In this document: one piece after another, positions 63,090-64,000 of the stretch | Layout of the letters: every line of letters begins with the position of its first letter | How positions within the stretch are numbered: the first letter of the stretch is position 1 | Origin: Octopus bimaculoides | Taxonomy: Eukaryota | Reading direction: 5' to 3' | NCBI RefSeq assembly: GCF_001194135.2 | Contig: NC_068995.1 | Span: 39,398,248 to 39,462,247 of the forward strand | DNA: 64,000 bases | The notes under the pieces: generated by a model | The model's database searches: none | What the model was told of the DNA's origin: nothing | What the model saw: the letters and a program-made list of their open reading frames with translations, nothing else | Position numbers and translations under genes: made by a program

Positions 63090-63690
63090 ATTGCATTAGC
63101 TGTACACATGTCACTGTATATATTATCGCTCTAAAATCTCATTTCTTATCGCTTTTCGAGAGCCCTTCCTCTCATTGCTCCCCAACGAAAATTCATTTGC
63201 CCTATAACTCGGGCACATTTTTTCACATATTTACTCTAACGACACTATTCTGCATAATAATTATCAATTATGTTTCTAATGTTGCTGCAGATTATTCGAA
63301 GATTCTTGTATGTGCCTCTACTTATTACTCTTTTGTTGGGTAGAGAGATGATAGGAAATAAAATGTTATTGTATTTTTTTAATATTTCGGATGTCTCGGC
63401 ACATTATTGGTTTTGACATTCTTTCCCGTCTGCATACAAAAGCATTCGATAATTGGTAGATTTCTGAGAACGATTAAAGACAACGGGTTCGGAGAACGAA
63501 TATGATCCATTTTATCATATTTAGAGATCTCTTTCAATATGGCGCATTAATTTGCTTTTAGATGCCTCCTCCTGTAAGCTGCTCTTACCTATAATAATAA
63601 AGAACGTCATCGCTTTATTATCAAATTATCTATCTATCGATTGATCTATCTAGTTTTATATTTAGATAGGTAGGTAGGTAGATACATACA

Positions 63691-63724
<34 letters not shown>

Positions 63725-64000
63725 CATAGACACATGCATACATATATATATATATACATACATACATACAAACACTCACACACACATATATGTATATATA
63801 TATATATATATATGAAAGAAGGTTTGAAAATGCACTTATTTTTAAAAAATATTTATTTACTTAACCGGTTTCACTTTTTTAGAAAAAGATTATCAAAAGT
63901 CTTTGAGAATAATAAAAAATGTTAAAAAACAGTCTGAGTATTAAAATGCATATATACATTCTTTGATGATAAAATATATTTAAAGTATAAAGCTTTGTAT

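Noticed and set aside
7413-63925. Long ORF-track entries containing X runs or HT/CV/YI/LSIY repeats
   Set aside because: They are translations of N gaps and of (CA)n, (TG)n, (TA)n and (AGAT)n microsatellites, not proteins.

Overview
Eukaryotic, AT-rich, microsatellite-dense draft genomic DNA with many N gaps, most of them next to (TA)n or other simple repeats. The repeat families and gap pattern suggest an octopus (coleoid cephalopod) assembly; this is inference. The window is mostly intronic sequence of one minus-strand gene, a vesicular glutamate transporter (SLC17A6/7/8, VGLUT). I assembled seven consecutive coding exons by hand: 51509-51206, 32372-32254, 13827-13713, 8869-8782, 4293-4207, 2612-2482 and 577-425. 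All have GT-AG sites and compatible phases, and two (13713-13827, 4207-4293) are absent from the ORF track. The gene continues past base 1, and its first exon could not be fixed. The introns hold three tRNA-type SINE families, three decayed mariners, a maT/DD37D-type element, two RTE and two restriction-like-endonuclease LINE fragments, and Penelope-like termini. I found no prokaryote-type system (CRISPR, operon) and no clearly new multi-gene system. The best leads are small: a perfect hairpin with a template-switch signature, a two-tailed SINE chimera under one 17-bp target-site duplication, repeated SINE-next-to-SINE insertion, degenerate hammerhead-like cores, and unusual trafficking motifs plus a tandem splice donor in the VGLUT N-terminus. 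Most ORF-track entries are microsatellite or gap artefacts.
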